DNA of 64,000 bases from Carpediemonas membranifera BICM (taxonomy: Eukaryota > Protista > Fornicata), in contig JAHDYR010000011.1 of assembly GCA_019828565.1 (NCBI GenBank), positions 319,072 through 383,071 of the forward strand, read 5' to 3'. Shown one piece after another: positions 46,167-56,827 of this stretch. Position numbers and translations under genes: made by a program. A model generated the notes under the pieces. The model was not told the DNA's origin, did not search any database, and worked only from the letters and a program-made list of their open reading frames with translations. How positions within the stretch are numbered: position 1 is the stretch's first letter; each line of letters opens with the position of its first letter.

Positions 46167-49100
46167 TGTCACCGGTCTATAAACTGCTCCGTCCAGTTTT
46201 GACCACTTTTACCCCGCTGCGGTTTACTGTAAATGATTTCAACCGACAATACTAGTATTAGCTGTGCTGATGTCGTTAACTGTTCAAATTCCTGAGCTTT
46301 CTCCTTCAAATCTAACACTAGAGACTCTTGAGGAGTTTGAGCGCCGAGCAACGATTTTTACTATACAAAACCCAAGCATCCCACTGTCCGTCCTCATTGA
46401 GGAGTCATTTGCCCTCGAACTCAAGGCCGAAGGCATAGACACATCCGACAAGAACTACACTCTCAAGAACTTCACCGAATGGTGTCGCCAGCGGCTCCTT
46501 CCCCACTCCATCTTAGCACTCGTCGAAGAGCTCCAAGACCTTCGTTTCCCCATGGTGCCGAGCACCGCACGCAACTTCGAAGCTGGCACGAGACTACAAG
46601 CGGCAGCATTCCGCAAGCGCATCGAGCTCTACTCCAAGACGCCAGACCCAGAAGGGTTCTTGGAACCCATCGACGACAACCCCAATGCCGACGAACTGCT
46701 CGCAAGCTTTGATAAGCTGGCTGCACGGCTCTTCAGGGAGTCCCTGAACCCGACAGCATTCCGCAAGAAGGCACAGACCTTGCTTGCTCTCCACAACGTC
46801 AAGACCTTCGAGGACACCGTAGCGGTGGCTCTTAGGGCTGCTAGGGCGTATGACCATGATCAACCCCTCTCGCAAACCCCGGCCGGCGGACCCAAGGCCC
46901 CGGCCCAGGCCAGGAAGGCCCAGTACCGCCCGGACGCGGCCAAGCGCCCGCCGGCCGACGGACCCAAGAAGCCGTCGCGCCCCTGTCGTTTCTGTGGCGG
47001 TCCCCACATGGACTTCAGATGCGATAAGCACCCCCGCTACAGCGAGAACAACAACGCCGACAGCGCGTCGACTAACGAGAAGGGCGGGAAGGGTCCACTG
47101 ACGACCCCCGCTACTGTAAAAGGCAAAACTTACTCGTTCGTTGTAGACACTGGTGCAAGCCGAAGCTTCATTAGTTCGAAGGCACTACGTACCCTACCCA
47201 AGGACACAGTGCAGACCTCTCTCGAGGAAAAGATCAAGGTCACGCTAGGAGACGGACGCTCCCTCGTGACAGATCAAGCAGTCACATTTAAGGCAGCATT
47301 CCCAGCACTAGGTGTCACACCGTTGGAGGTTACATGGAAGTACTACGTACTCCCCGGTGAGTTCTTCAAGGTTCTCATCGGGTGTGACTTGCTGAGGTCA
47401 CTCGCACTCATTGGCGATGGCACACTCAACCTTAACCTGCACAAGCTCTCCTCAATTGAGGAGGACGAGGACTGGCTGCCGTTCTACCATGAATATCTCA
47501 CGGAGGACGCAAACATGGCGATAACCGACGACTACTGTGGTGTCCACGTCCCGGAGTCGAAGATCCGACCCGAGATTCTCGAGATAATCAACTCATTTGA
47601 CGATATCTTCGAGGAAGAACTACCCAAGGAAGGGTCTCGACTGGAACCCATGTCGATTGAACTGATAGACGAGCGGGCAATTGTACAATGCCGCGCTCGC
47701 AGACTCGACCCAGTGACCCAAGGCCTGGTGTCGACAGAGCTAGAACAACTCAGGCGAGACGGGATAATCCAGGACTCGACTGGGCCGTACAGCTCGCCGA
47801 TCGTAGTAGTCAGGCAGGGCCACAAAGGATCGACCAAGATCCGTCTTTGCATTGACTACAAGGAGTTAAACTCCAAGACAGTGAGGGATAACTTCCCCCT
47901 GCCTAACACGCGCGAGTTTGTAGACCGAGCATCAGGCTGCAAATACTTTGCAGGCCTAGACCTCAGACAAGGCTACTACCAGATGCGGATGCACGAGGAA
48001 GATATCCCCAAAACCGCTTTTGTCACTCCAGACGCATACTGCGAGTTCACCAGATGTCCATTCGGCCTGATGAACGCCCCGGCGAGATTCCAACGCGCCA
48101 TGCAGAAGGCGTTCGCCGAGGTCCTCCACAAAGGGGTGGACATCTATCTTGACGACATCTTGATTTACGCCAAGACCGAGGCCCAGTTTCTCACCCTGAT
48201 CAAAACCGTCTTCAGGATCTGTAGACATTATTCACTGCGCCTTAAAGGCCCGAAGTGCACGATAGGCTCAGCCCACGTCGAGGCCGTCGGGTATATTGTC
48301 TCGGAGAAGGGGAAACAACTTGCCCCAGAGAAGGTAGAGGCGGTAAACGCCATACCGCTCCCGTCCACCGCAAAGGAGCTTCAGAGGACACTGGGATCAT
48401 TCAACTATGTCGCCCAGTTCGTCCCGGACTCATCACGAATCCTCAAACCTCTCAACGAGATGCTAACGGCACAGGAGAACTCAAAGAACATAACTTGGAA
48501 CCCCAAACAAGAAGAGGCGTTTACAACGTTCAAGGAGAGACTCAGCTCAGACACAGTCCTCCATTTCCCCGACTTCTCAAAGAAGTGGACCCTCGAGACG
48601 GACGCGTCGAACGACGGACTAGGGGGCATTCTGTTCCAAGAAGACGACTCCGGCAACCGAGAGATCGTCTCGCTCTTCGCAAAGTGTCATACGCCAACCC
48701 AGACTAGGTGGCCGACCTACGAACAAGAGCTTCATGCTATCATCTTTTTGTCTCACGAGACCTGACATGGCTCAACTTTTCCGCCTCAAGGACAACATAC
48801 AGATCCGCACCGACCACCAGAATCTGGTATATCTCATGCAGAGGAAGGAGCTTTCCAAGAAACTCCTCAGGTGGACGTCTGTCTTGTCGGACTACAACAT
48901 TACGATCGAGCATATTGCTGGAGAGACAAACAAGATGGCAGACATGCTGTCGCGTATCCTTCCCCGAGGGGGACCTCGGGCCGCAGCTGAACCTGCGAGA
49001 GGCGGAGGACGCCGGCCCAGGAGCTGACCCTTGAGTTGATCCAGGCTGCCCAGGCCATGGCACCTGAGTCAACTCGAGTCGGCTGGGAGAAACTAGAGGG

Positions 49101-50523
49101 AGTATCCATCGAAAACTCGATCTACTTCAAGGACGGAGTGCCGATTATCCCCAAGGGAGAGACACGCGACAAGGCCCTTCGGACCGCTCACCAATTTCAT
49201 ACGGGAGCAAATTCAACGTTCCAAGCACTCGCCACGTCTGCATTTTTGGCCGGGGATGCTCTTGGACGTCAAAAAGCACATCAAGACGTGCCCCATTTGT
49301 CTGAAGACTCGCATCAAGGACTACTTTATCGCCCAAAAGGGCCAGACAAGACGCACCAGACCATGGGAGACAGTGGCAGTCGACACAATTGGCCCTATCC
49401 CAACGGATTCGCTGGGCGCTCGCTACATCATTGTGGCTGTAGACATGTTTACAAGATACACCGAGCTCGTCGCAGTCGCATCGATCGACGCCGAGACCTC
49501 CGCCAGGGCCCTATGGGACCACGTTTTCACGCGACACGGGATACCGGCGGAGATTCTGTCCGACGGCGGCCCGGAGTACGCGAACTCGATAGTTGAACAA
49601 CTCACAACGTCATTGAAAGTCGCACACCACTTCACCATCCCGTTTCATCCACAGAGCAATGGTCTCGTGGAGAGAAGGAATGCGGAGATTGGAAGACACC
49701 TACGGTGGCTTGTCCTGGCAATAGCCTACAAAGACCAGTGGTGCGGACTCCTACCGACGGTCCAGATGATTATCAACGGCACGACACATACGGCCACGAA
49801 GTTCTCCCCGCACGAGCTGATATTTGGCCATGAGCACAACATGTTTACAAGCTGGTGGACGAACGACAACAACTCTCCGATCAGAGATTTCCCAGAGTTC
49901 AAAAAGGACCTGGAGCTGGCCCTTAACGCCCTGGAGACCACTGCCAGAGAGAGTGTGGGCCCGGGCCAAAAGACAATAGTCAACACCGAACTGCCGGGTG
50001 ACTACGTCCTCTGGAAAGATGAGGCCCCTCAGAAGCTAGACGCGCGCAACAGGGGCCCATGGAAGGTACACGATGTACTTGATAATAACAGAATAGTCCT
50101 GCAGTCGATACTCGACGGATCGACCAGATCAACCCACATTGAAAAACTGATGATGTTCGACACGGATGCCGTAACGGACACGATGATGCTTCAACTTGCA
50201 AGCTTCGACCAGAAAAAATGGGAGGTAGAGCGAGTAGTATCGGTAGACTGGAAAGAAGGGACAGCCGCCATCAAGTGGGTAGGATTCGAAAACATAACGG
50301 AAGAACCACTCTCGGGAGTGAAACACCTCGAGGAGATGAAGAGGTTGGCCCGTAAGGCGAGGAAGAACCTGAAACTCTACTAACCATCTTTTTCCCCCGT
50401 TCCTTGCAGGTTGGGGGTTTTCTCATCAAAAAGGGAGGTAGTGTCACCGGTATATAAACTGCTCCGTCCAGTTTTGACCACTTTTACCCCGCTGCGGTTT
50501 ACTGTAAATGATTTCAACCGACA
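46167..50523 (+). mobile_element. Chromodomain Ty3/Gypsy element 3 (82-bp LTRs)
   Basis: LTRs 46167-46248 and 50442-50523 (one mismatch), TSD GCCT/GCAT, PPT AAAAAGGGAGGTAG. Confidence 0.93.
46270..50383 (+). CDS. Gypsy 3 gag-pol with chromodomain (frameshifts near 48.75, 49.0 and 49.25 kb)
   Basis: CRFCGGPHMDFRC, VDTGA, YLDD, TDAS, SDGGPEY, NGLVER, RGPW, KWEVERVV..KWVGF. Confidence 0.92.
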
Positions 50524-51005
50524 GCATTGGCCCGTCATCCGTGTCGCCTTCGGCCATCCTCACGGTTTCTGCTGGAGGGATACGATCTGCTCGCGATCGG
50601 GACGGATCAAGACCGTATCCACAATCATATCTTTCGAGATTTTCTAAATATTTTGGCCATCTTTCTCGTGTCCCCGGAATCCTGTTCTGACACACCCTGA
50701 CCCAGCAGTGTCAGGGCGTGAGCCACGCCCGAGGCGTGATAGCTTACATATCGATGATATGCCGACCATTTGGTCGACGATAATCGACTATTCCAAATTG
50801 ATGCATCCCGCCATCTAACCTTGCGATGGTACCCCTGAGCCTTCCTCTACTGCACTTATGACCTTCTGTGCCGGTTATACGTGGCATATGTAATTCCTGT
50901 TCCGAATCCGAGAAACATCCATTTCTCTAACTCTTGCCTGATTCTTTTCCCCTCGTTCCGTTTCATCTCCCTTTATCGCTACAATGCTCTCTTATGTCCT
51001 ATTTT

Positions 51006-54000
51006 CTATGTTCTTCTCTGCAGAGCATGCTGTGAGATTCGAATGGCCTCTTCACAGTATCTATTCACCGAATCGATCGACTTCCAGCCTCCTAGTGCCT
51101 GAATAACCAATGGGGAACGCCCTTCATCGATCATGTGAACGACGGCTCCACGTCTGAAGCTGTCCTGTTGCCTTGAAGACCTCGTTGACGTCCATGATCA
51201 TCTCCCATCTGCGCCACCTTGTTGCTGTCAGTGGAAGGCAGTTGTCTCTCAGCAGGCTCTCGGTGTGCTGTATGGATCTCCACAGGGGTCCTTCCGTCTG
51301 AATGTCGTTGAGGTGTGCTCTCAGCCACTTGGCTGGGCTTAAGCCTCCTGCTGCTAGTAGTGGGATCAGCTTCACCATGGGCTCATCCCTGGTCTTGGAT
51401 CTTCGAATAGTGATCTCGTAGCCCTCTCTCACCCGCCGAACGTCGGTCGTGAGTAAGCTCATTATCTCCCCTGATCTGCTGACGGTGGAGAAGCACGTCA
51501 GTCCGAAGGCTACTGCCTGCGTGAGCGCCGGTGACTTGGTCTTGCGCGCCGCGGCTGCTGCTCTCTTCAGCTGCTCGACTGTCACCGGGTATGCCTTTCC
51601 AGTCTTACGACCCACAGTGAGCTCGCACTTGCCGGCCATTCTTGCACACGCGCGTATAAGAGCCCTGTGGATGGGTGAGCTCTCCAGACCATGGTTGATC
51701 GACTCTAGGCCAGTCCTGATATTTGCTTCCTTGACGAGGAATGTGTCCTTGGCAATGAAAGGGATCTCTTGTATCATGTAGTGTAGGAGGTAGTCGTCAT
51801 CAGGCGCCATCTGTGCGATCTCTTCGACTTCTGCTCTCCAGTCTGCGTCCCTAATGCGTTGTGCCATCTCGCCCAGGAAAACGGCTGTTTCTGCCCTTGC
51901 TCCTACCGTGTCTCTGTTCTCTCCAGCTTCCTCCTCTTCCTCCATCATACGTTCTGCAAAACTGATGTACTTTGCCGTCTCCACGGCTATGCGCTCTCGG
52001 GTGCTCCGTTCCCGGTCCCTGATGAGTGCTGCTCCGAGTATCTGATCTCTGAGGCCTGTCTCGAACTCTCTGGGGCTTCTTCGCCACCTGTGCTCCTCCT
52101 GTCTTCCGCTGGCGATACGTTCTCTCGCTCTCTGTTGCAGGACTCCCCCGGCTGTGAGGACGAGGTCTCTGTGGCGATCGGGATCCAGTAGGCTATGAAC
52201 GTCGCTCTCTGCTTGCCTGTGAAGAGGCTCCCTATCTCCGTGTGGGCCCACCAGCTGGTCGGGAACGCTGCCTCGAACCAGTCCTGTGCTATGGCTGCCA
52301 GTCTGGCGTTGGAGTTCGTCCTGCGTTGTGGTGCGATGACTAATAGGCCTCTCTGCTGCAGTGCGGGGTGCGTCTCGTCTGACGTGGCGATCTCCTCCGC
52401 CCTGGCGATGACCTTGTCCAGTAGGCTGACTGGTGGGACCGCCAATGACCTCATCTCTGACCAATTGCATGTAAATGCGTCCGTCTGGAAGTCGTGGTCC
52501 TCCGGCAGGAATCTCTCCGCGCAGAAGAGTGATCGGTCTACTGACCCCCATCGTTCCAGCGCGCTCTGGAGCATCGCCGCGGGTGAGTTCCAGTCCAGCT
52601 TCCGGTACCTGGACAGCCCGTCGGCAGTCGTGTTGTATCTCCCTGGAATGTGCTTGGTTCTTATCCTGCAGCCAATCTCGAACAAGTAGTCGTGAAGCTT
52701 CACAATCGTCCTTCTGATGTGTCGGGGGGCTCTGGTGCTTGACTTCAGGACCCATGAAAGCGCTGATGTGTTGTCCCCGGCTAGGAGTAGGTCCCTCTCC
52801 TGAATGTCGCTCGTCCATCTCCGCAGGCCTTCCTCCATTGCCCATAGCTCCTTCGCGTTGATGCTCTTGGAGCATTGTGCCTCTGAGAACCTGCCCTGGA
52901 TGTTGAGGGACGTGTCTTCGACAAACAGCGTCGCGCCGAACGCATAGTCCGACGCGTCGGTCTCCATACGAAGTACCTGGCCTCTTGGGCCGAAGTACCA
53001 TGCCGGATCGGATGATAGCTGTCTGGCCCACCACCGCAGGTCCGTTCGTAGGTCCTGGGGCAGGCTGGACTTTGGGTACCGCACTCGGTCGTCGCAGCCA
53101 GCGATCCTGACCTGCAGCTCTCTGAGCCGGACAAGTGCCCGCGTCCCTAGTGCGAACCGGCAGAAGAGTAGCTTTCCGTGAAGGGTCTGAAGGTCCCGCT
53201 TTGTGTGTCTCTTGAGTTGCAGGTTGGCTATGAGACTGCTGTACTGAGCCCTCTTCTCCTCTGGCAGCGACATCGTCATCTCGCGCAAGTCGACTATCAC
53301 GCCCAAGTAAGTTACCCTCTGGGACGGGGTCAAGTGGCACTTCTCTCTCGATAGGACGACTCCAAGTGAGTCCAAGATCTCTAAGATCCGTGGGACCTGG
53401 GCGCTCAACGACACTCTCGAGCGACTGATTATGAGCAGATCGTCCAGATACACGTATATTATCAGTCCTTCGAGAAGTGAGCGCAAGATCTTCGCCATCT
53501 GTGACGTAACCGACTGAAACTGCCGTGGCGCCGTTGAGAGGCCGAAAGGGAGTCCTCTTCATCTGTATTGTTCTCCCTCGAACGAGAATCCGAGTTCCTG
53601 TCGTGAGTTCTCCTCCACTAGGAGCTGGTAGTACCCGGACTTCATGTCCAATGTTATTCCCCACGAGTTTCTCGGAACGCCATGCTGTATCTCTGCTAGG
53701 CCCTTCAGCCTGAATGTTAGGTCCTCTTGGTATGCATTGACCGGTCTCAGGTCGTGTATCAGACGGTAGCTGCCTGCGATCTTCTTCTCTAATGTAAACA
53801 GGGGGCATATTGTCGTCGCCTCGCCCTTCTCTATTGCTTTCTGTTGCAGTAGCTCCTCTAGTAGAGCCTTCATCGTGTCTGTCTCCTTCTGGAGGTGCGC
53901 ATTGAGCGCCGGTGCTGCCGGGGTGACCTTCACTCCCTCTCGTAACAGTTGCACCACCTCCCTGCTGGCCCCGAGGGCCTCCCACCTCATCCACCGACGG

Positions 54001-54120
54001 CTCATCGAGCCCGTCAGCCCCTGTATACACTGGGTGGAGGTGTCTTGCTGATCTTCTTGTGCTTCTTCTCTTTCCATTGCAAACAAACTCTTCGAAGTAT
54101 ATCGAGCCTTTTATAGTCAT
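51006..54120 (-). CDS. DIRS-B tyrosine recombinase ORF overlapping RT (frameshift near 51165)
   Basis: SRSGE and RSKT, with the SFRRGA..GW..Y segment in the shifted frame ending at TAG 51008-51006. Confidence 0.85.
51987..54086 (-). CDS. DIRS-B RT / RNase H / MT-like domain (frameshifted near 53.55 kb)
   Basis: DMKSGYYQ, YLDD, TDAS, INAKE, ADGLSR, DRSLF..DAF..W..AVPP. Colinear with the DIRS-A RT. Confidence 0.9.
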
Positions 54121-54688
54121 CGGGTTCAGGCTTAACCCTTCTCTGGCCTCTACTGGGCCCGCCCCGGTCCGAGGTCGGTTGCCGGGGCACGACGGTTGTT
54201 GTTGTTGAAGCGGGGAGAGTTGCGGCTGAAGCCGCCGAAGCCTCTCTGGAACCGCTTGGGTCGAGGAGGCGGTGGGTGGCCTTGGCCGCCTTGGCGGCCA
54301 GCACTACGAAGCGTTGCGCGTCTCGTTCTTCTCTCGAAATAGCCATGAAGTAGCGCGCAGCGGTGTCGGAGTGGCTGTCATATAGCCGTAGGAACTCGAG
54401 TCTGCGCTCGAAGACCGCCTCGATCGCGGCTTCGATCTGGTTGACGCGCGTCATCTCCGGGTTGTTGAGGATACCTCTGATGTCGGCAAGTGTCTCGCGG
54501 AGGTGGTCGTACTCCTTAGCAACGGCTCCTATCCGAGACGGGCGTCTCGGGTCCCGTGTACTGTCCTTAACCGATGAAACATCCGAACGGAGTGCCGTAA
54601 TGACGTTCTGCTGCTGTTGTATGAGCTCAGCAAGGCTCTCCATGGTGACAGGCGGCGGATCAGCGTTATCCGTGTCGCCTTCGGCCAT
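54014..54688 (-). CDS. DIRS-B gag-like ORF1
   Basis: Homologous to DIRS-A ORF1. The 3' end is uncertain. Confidence 0.7.
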   Translation of the reverse strand: MAEGDTDNADPPPVTMESLAELIQQQQNVITALRSDVSSVKDSTRDPRRPSRIGAVAKEYDHLRETLADIRGILNNPEMTRVNQIEAAIEAVFERRLEFLRLYDSHSDTAARYFMAISREERDAQRFVVLAAKAAKATHRLLDPSGSREASAASAATLPASTTTTVVPRQPTSDRGGPSRGQRRVKPEPDDYKRLDILRRVCLQWKEKKHKKISKTPPPSVYRG

Positions 54689-54895
54689 CCTCACGGTTTC
54701 TGCTGGAGGGATACGATCTGCTCGCGATCGGGACGGATCAAGACCGTATCCACAATCATATCTTTCGAGATTTTCTAAATATTTTGGCCATCTTTCTCGT
54801 GTCCCCGGAATCCTGTTCTGACACACCCTGACCCAGCAGTGTCAGGGCGTGAGCCACGCCCGAGGCGTGATAGCTTACATATCGATGATATGCAA

Positions 54896-54968
54896 GCCCG
54901 TCTAGCTCAGTCGGTAGAGCGCTGGACTCTTAATCCAGTGGTCGAGGGTTCGAGCCCCTCGGTGGGCG
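54896..54968 (+). tRNA. tRNA-Lys(CTT), duplicate copy
   Basis: Identical to 21298-21226, with TTTT at 54973-54976. Confidence 0.97.
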
Positions 54969-55580
54969 CTTCTTTTGGCCCATATTTTGCTGCTGCGGCC
55001 GCCCGCGTCAAAGATGCGAAGGAAGGCAAATGAGGATAGCCCACGTGTTGTATCGCGTTCACAGAGCTACTAGGAAGCCTTTATAGTCTCTTATTATTCT
55101 TCTTCATTGCTGCAGTCACGATAACAACGTGGAGAAGAACTTGAAGGAACGGTTCGCCAACATCACTATCTGCTTCTGGCTGTTGGGCCGATTGAGTTCC
55201 AGGATAGACTAGCATGACAAGGGGGCTATACATTACCGTATGTTTCAAGATGAGAAAAAACGAGAATCGATTTGGACAACCGAGAGAAACGTCTCGTACA
55301 AACCAGAGAGAGCTTTCTCGCACACTTCTCGATCCACAAGGAGTGACTCTAGCACGCATTTTAATTCTGTTTATATATTCTGCGGTTGTCGTGAATCCGC
55401 CCAGAACCGTCTCGAGGCAGCGTCAATAACCGCAAAGCCTACAGACTTCCCTACTCGCGATTGCTGGTCCAGTTATGGCTGATCGTCGTTCACGCTGGGG
55501 ACCTAGTCACATCTAGCGATCTTTACATGAGCAACCATAAATGGATAGTGGGCAGACAGAAGAAGGGCGTTGAGGCAACG

Positions 55581-56661
55581 ATGAATTGGCCTCAAGACGA
55601 AGATAAGTACGAACTCATTGAAATTATTGGCTCTGGAGGCTCAGCAAGTGTTTGGAAGGCCAAGTGCCTTGAGAACGACCAGTTTGTGGCCATCAAGGTC
55701 ATTGATCTCGAGCACGGCAATTCCAGCTTCATAGATGAGATCAGACAGGAGATTCATACGATGACGATGACCCGCCATCCCAATCTCGTCAAGTTTTACG
55801 CCGTTTTCCCAACGGAAAAGTACCTTTGGATCGTCATGCCCCTTCTTGAGGGCTCAATCCATGACATAATGCACGCCGTGTCCCCAGAAGGCCTCAAGGA
55901 GGAGACCGTAGGCTATATCTTGCTCGAGGTGGTCGAGGCGCTGGTATACTTTCACTCTACTGGGCGTATTCACCGAGACATCAAAGCAGGTCCGTTCCCA
56001 CAGGCCCATCGCTCACATAGGAAACATACTTGTCGACACTAATCTCTGTGTGTATCTCGCAGACTTCGGTGTCTCGGCCTCAATGCTTGATGCTGGCTCG
56101 CGCATCAACAAGCGCCAGACTTTCGTGGGCACGCCATGCTGGATGGCCCCGGAGGTTGTGGAGCAGAACAACAAGGGCTACGACCAGAAGGCGGATGTGT
56201 GGTCGCTCGGAATCACCGCTCTCGAGATGATGTACGGCGCAGCTCCCCACTCGGACCTGCCAGCCATGAAGGTCCTCATCAAGACCCTCCAGCGCGACCC
56301 GCCTGGCCCACCGCCCGAGACTAGCTCCAAGATGAAGTCATTCATCCACGGATGCCTCAAGCGATCGCCGCAGGAGCGTCTGTCAATGAAAGAACTCTTC
56401 GGCATCCTCCAGGCGTGGGCAGCCGCCAAGAAATCCCGCATTCCTAACGGGAAGCAGCAGCTAGGCGCTCTGCTGGGCCAGTACGTGGAGTACAAGCTGA
56501 CCGCGTCACTCCGGAGCCCCAGTGCCTCGATCATCTCAGCCTTGGTGATGGCGCGCGAGCCGCCGGTAGTTCCCGCCGTGCTGGCGCCCTTAGCCGCCTG
56601 CTTAACGATGTACTTGGAGTTGGCGGGCGGATGCCAGTCTTTGAGGAACTCCTGTAGCTGA
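55581..56661 (+). pseudogene. Truncated duplicate of the STE20 kinase fused at 56505 to antisense DIRS-C sequence
   Basis: Identical kinase domain with intron 55990-56020. It diverges after VEYKLTA and stops at 56661. Confidence 0.8.
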
Positions 56662-56827
56662 ACAATCCAGTAGCCCTTCCTCGCCACGTTCGATGGCCCG
56701 CAGAAGGAGCCTTCGTCCTTGAGGAAGGCTACAAGCTGGTCTCGATCCGACAGGCTGCGATCGCGAGAGCCTTCGAACCTGGCCACCCAGCCGGCCACCG
56801 TCCGAGCAGACGCGTGATTAAGGTGAA

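Larger units (their letters stand above)
46096..54893 (-). mobile_element. Tyrosine-recombinase retrotransposon family B (split direct repeats), with Gypsy 3 in its A2-B2 spacer
   Basis: A1' 54893-54668, B1' 50802-50763, A2' 50762-50537, B2' 46135-46096. Confidence 0.92.

Noticed and set aside
35229-46265. Conventional tRNA PBS or Tf1-type fold-back priming for the Gypsy elements
   Set aside because: No TGG follows any 5' LTR, there is no match to the local tRNA-Lys 3' end, and no complement of the post-LTR sequence lies within the LTRs.
24600-53600. Programmed frameshifting or true pseudogenisation explaining the many broken element ORFs
   Set aside because: Many breaks fall in G, C or A runs, sometimes inside catalytic motifs. 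The LTRs are near-identical, and DIRS-C copies differ by a C5/C4 indel. Long-read consensus error is at least as likely, and this cannot be resolved without reads.
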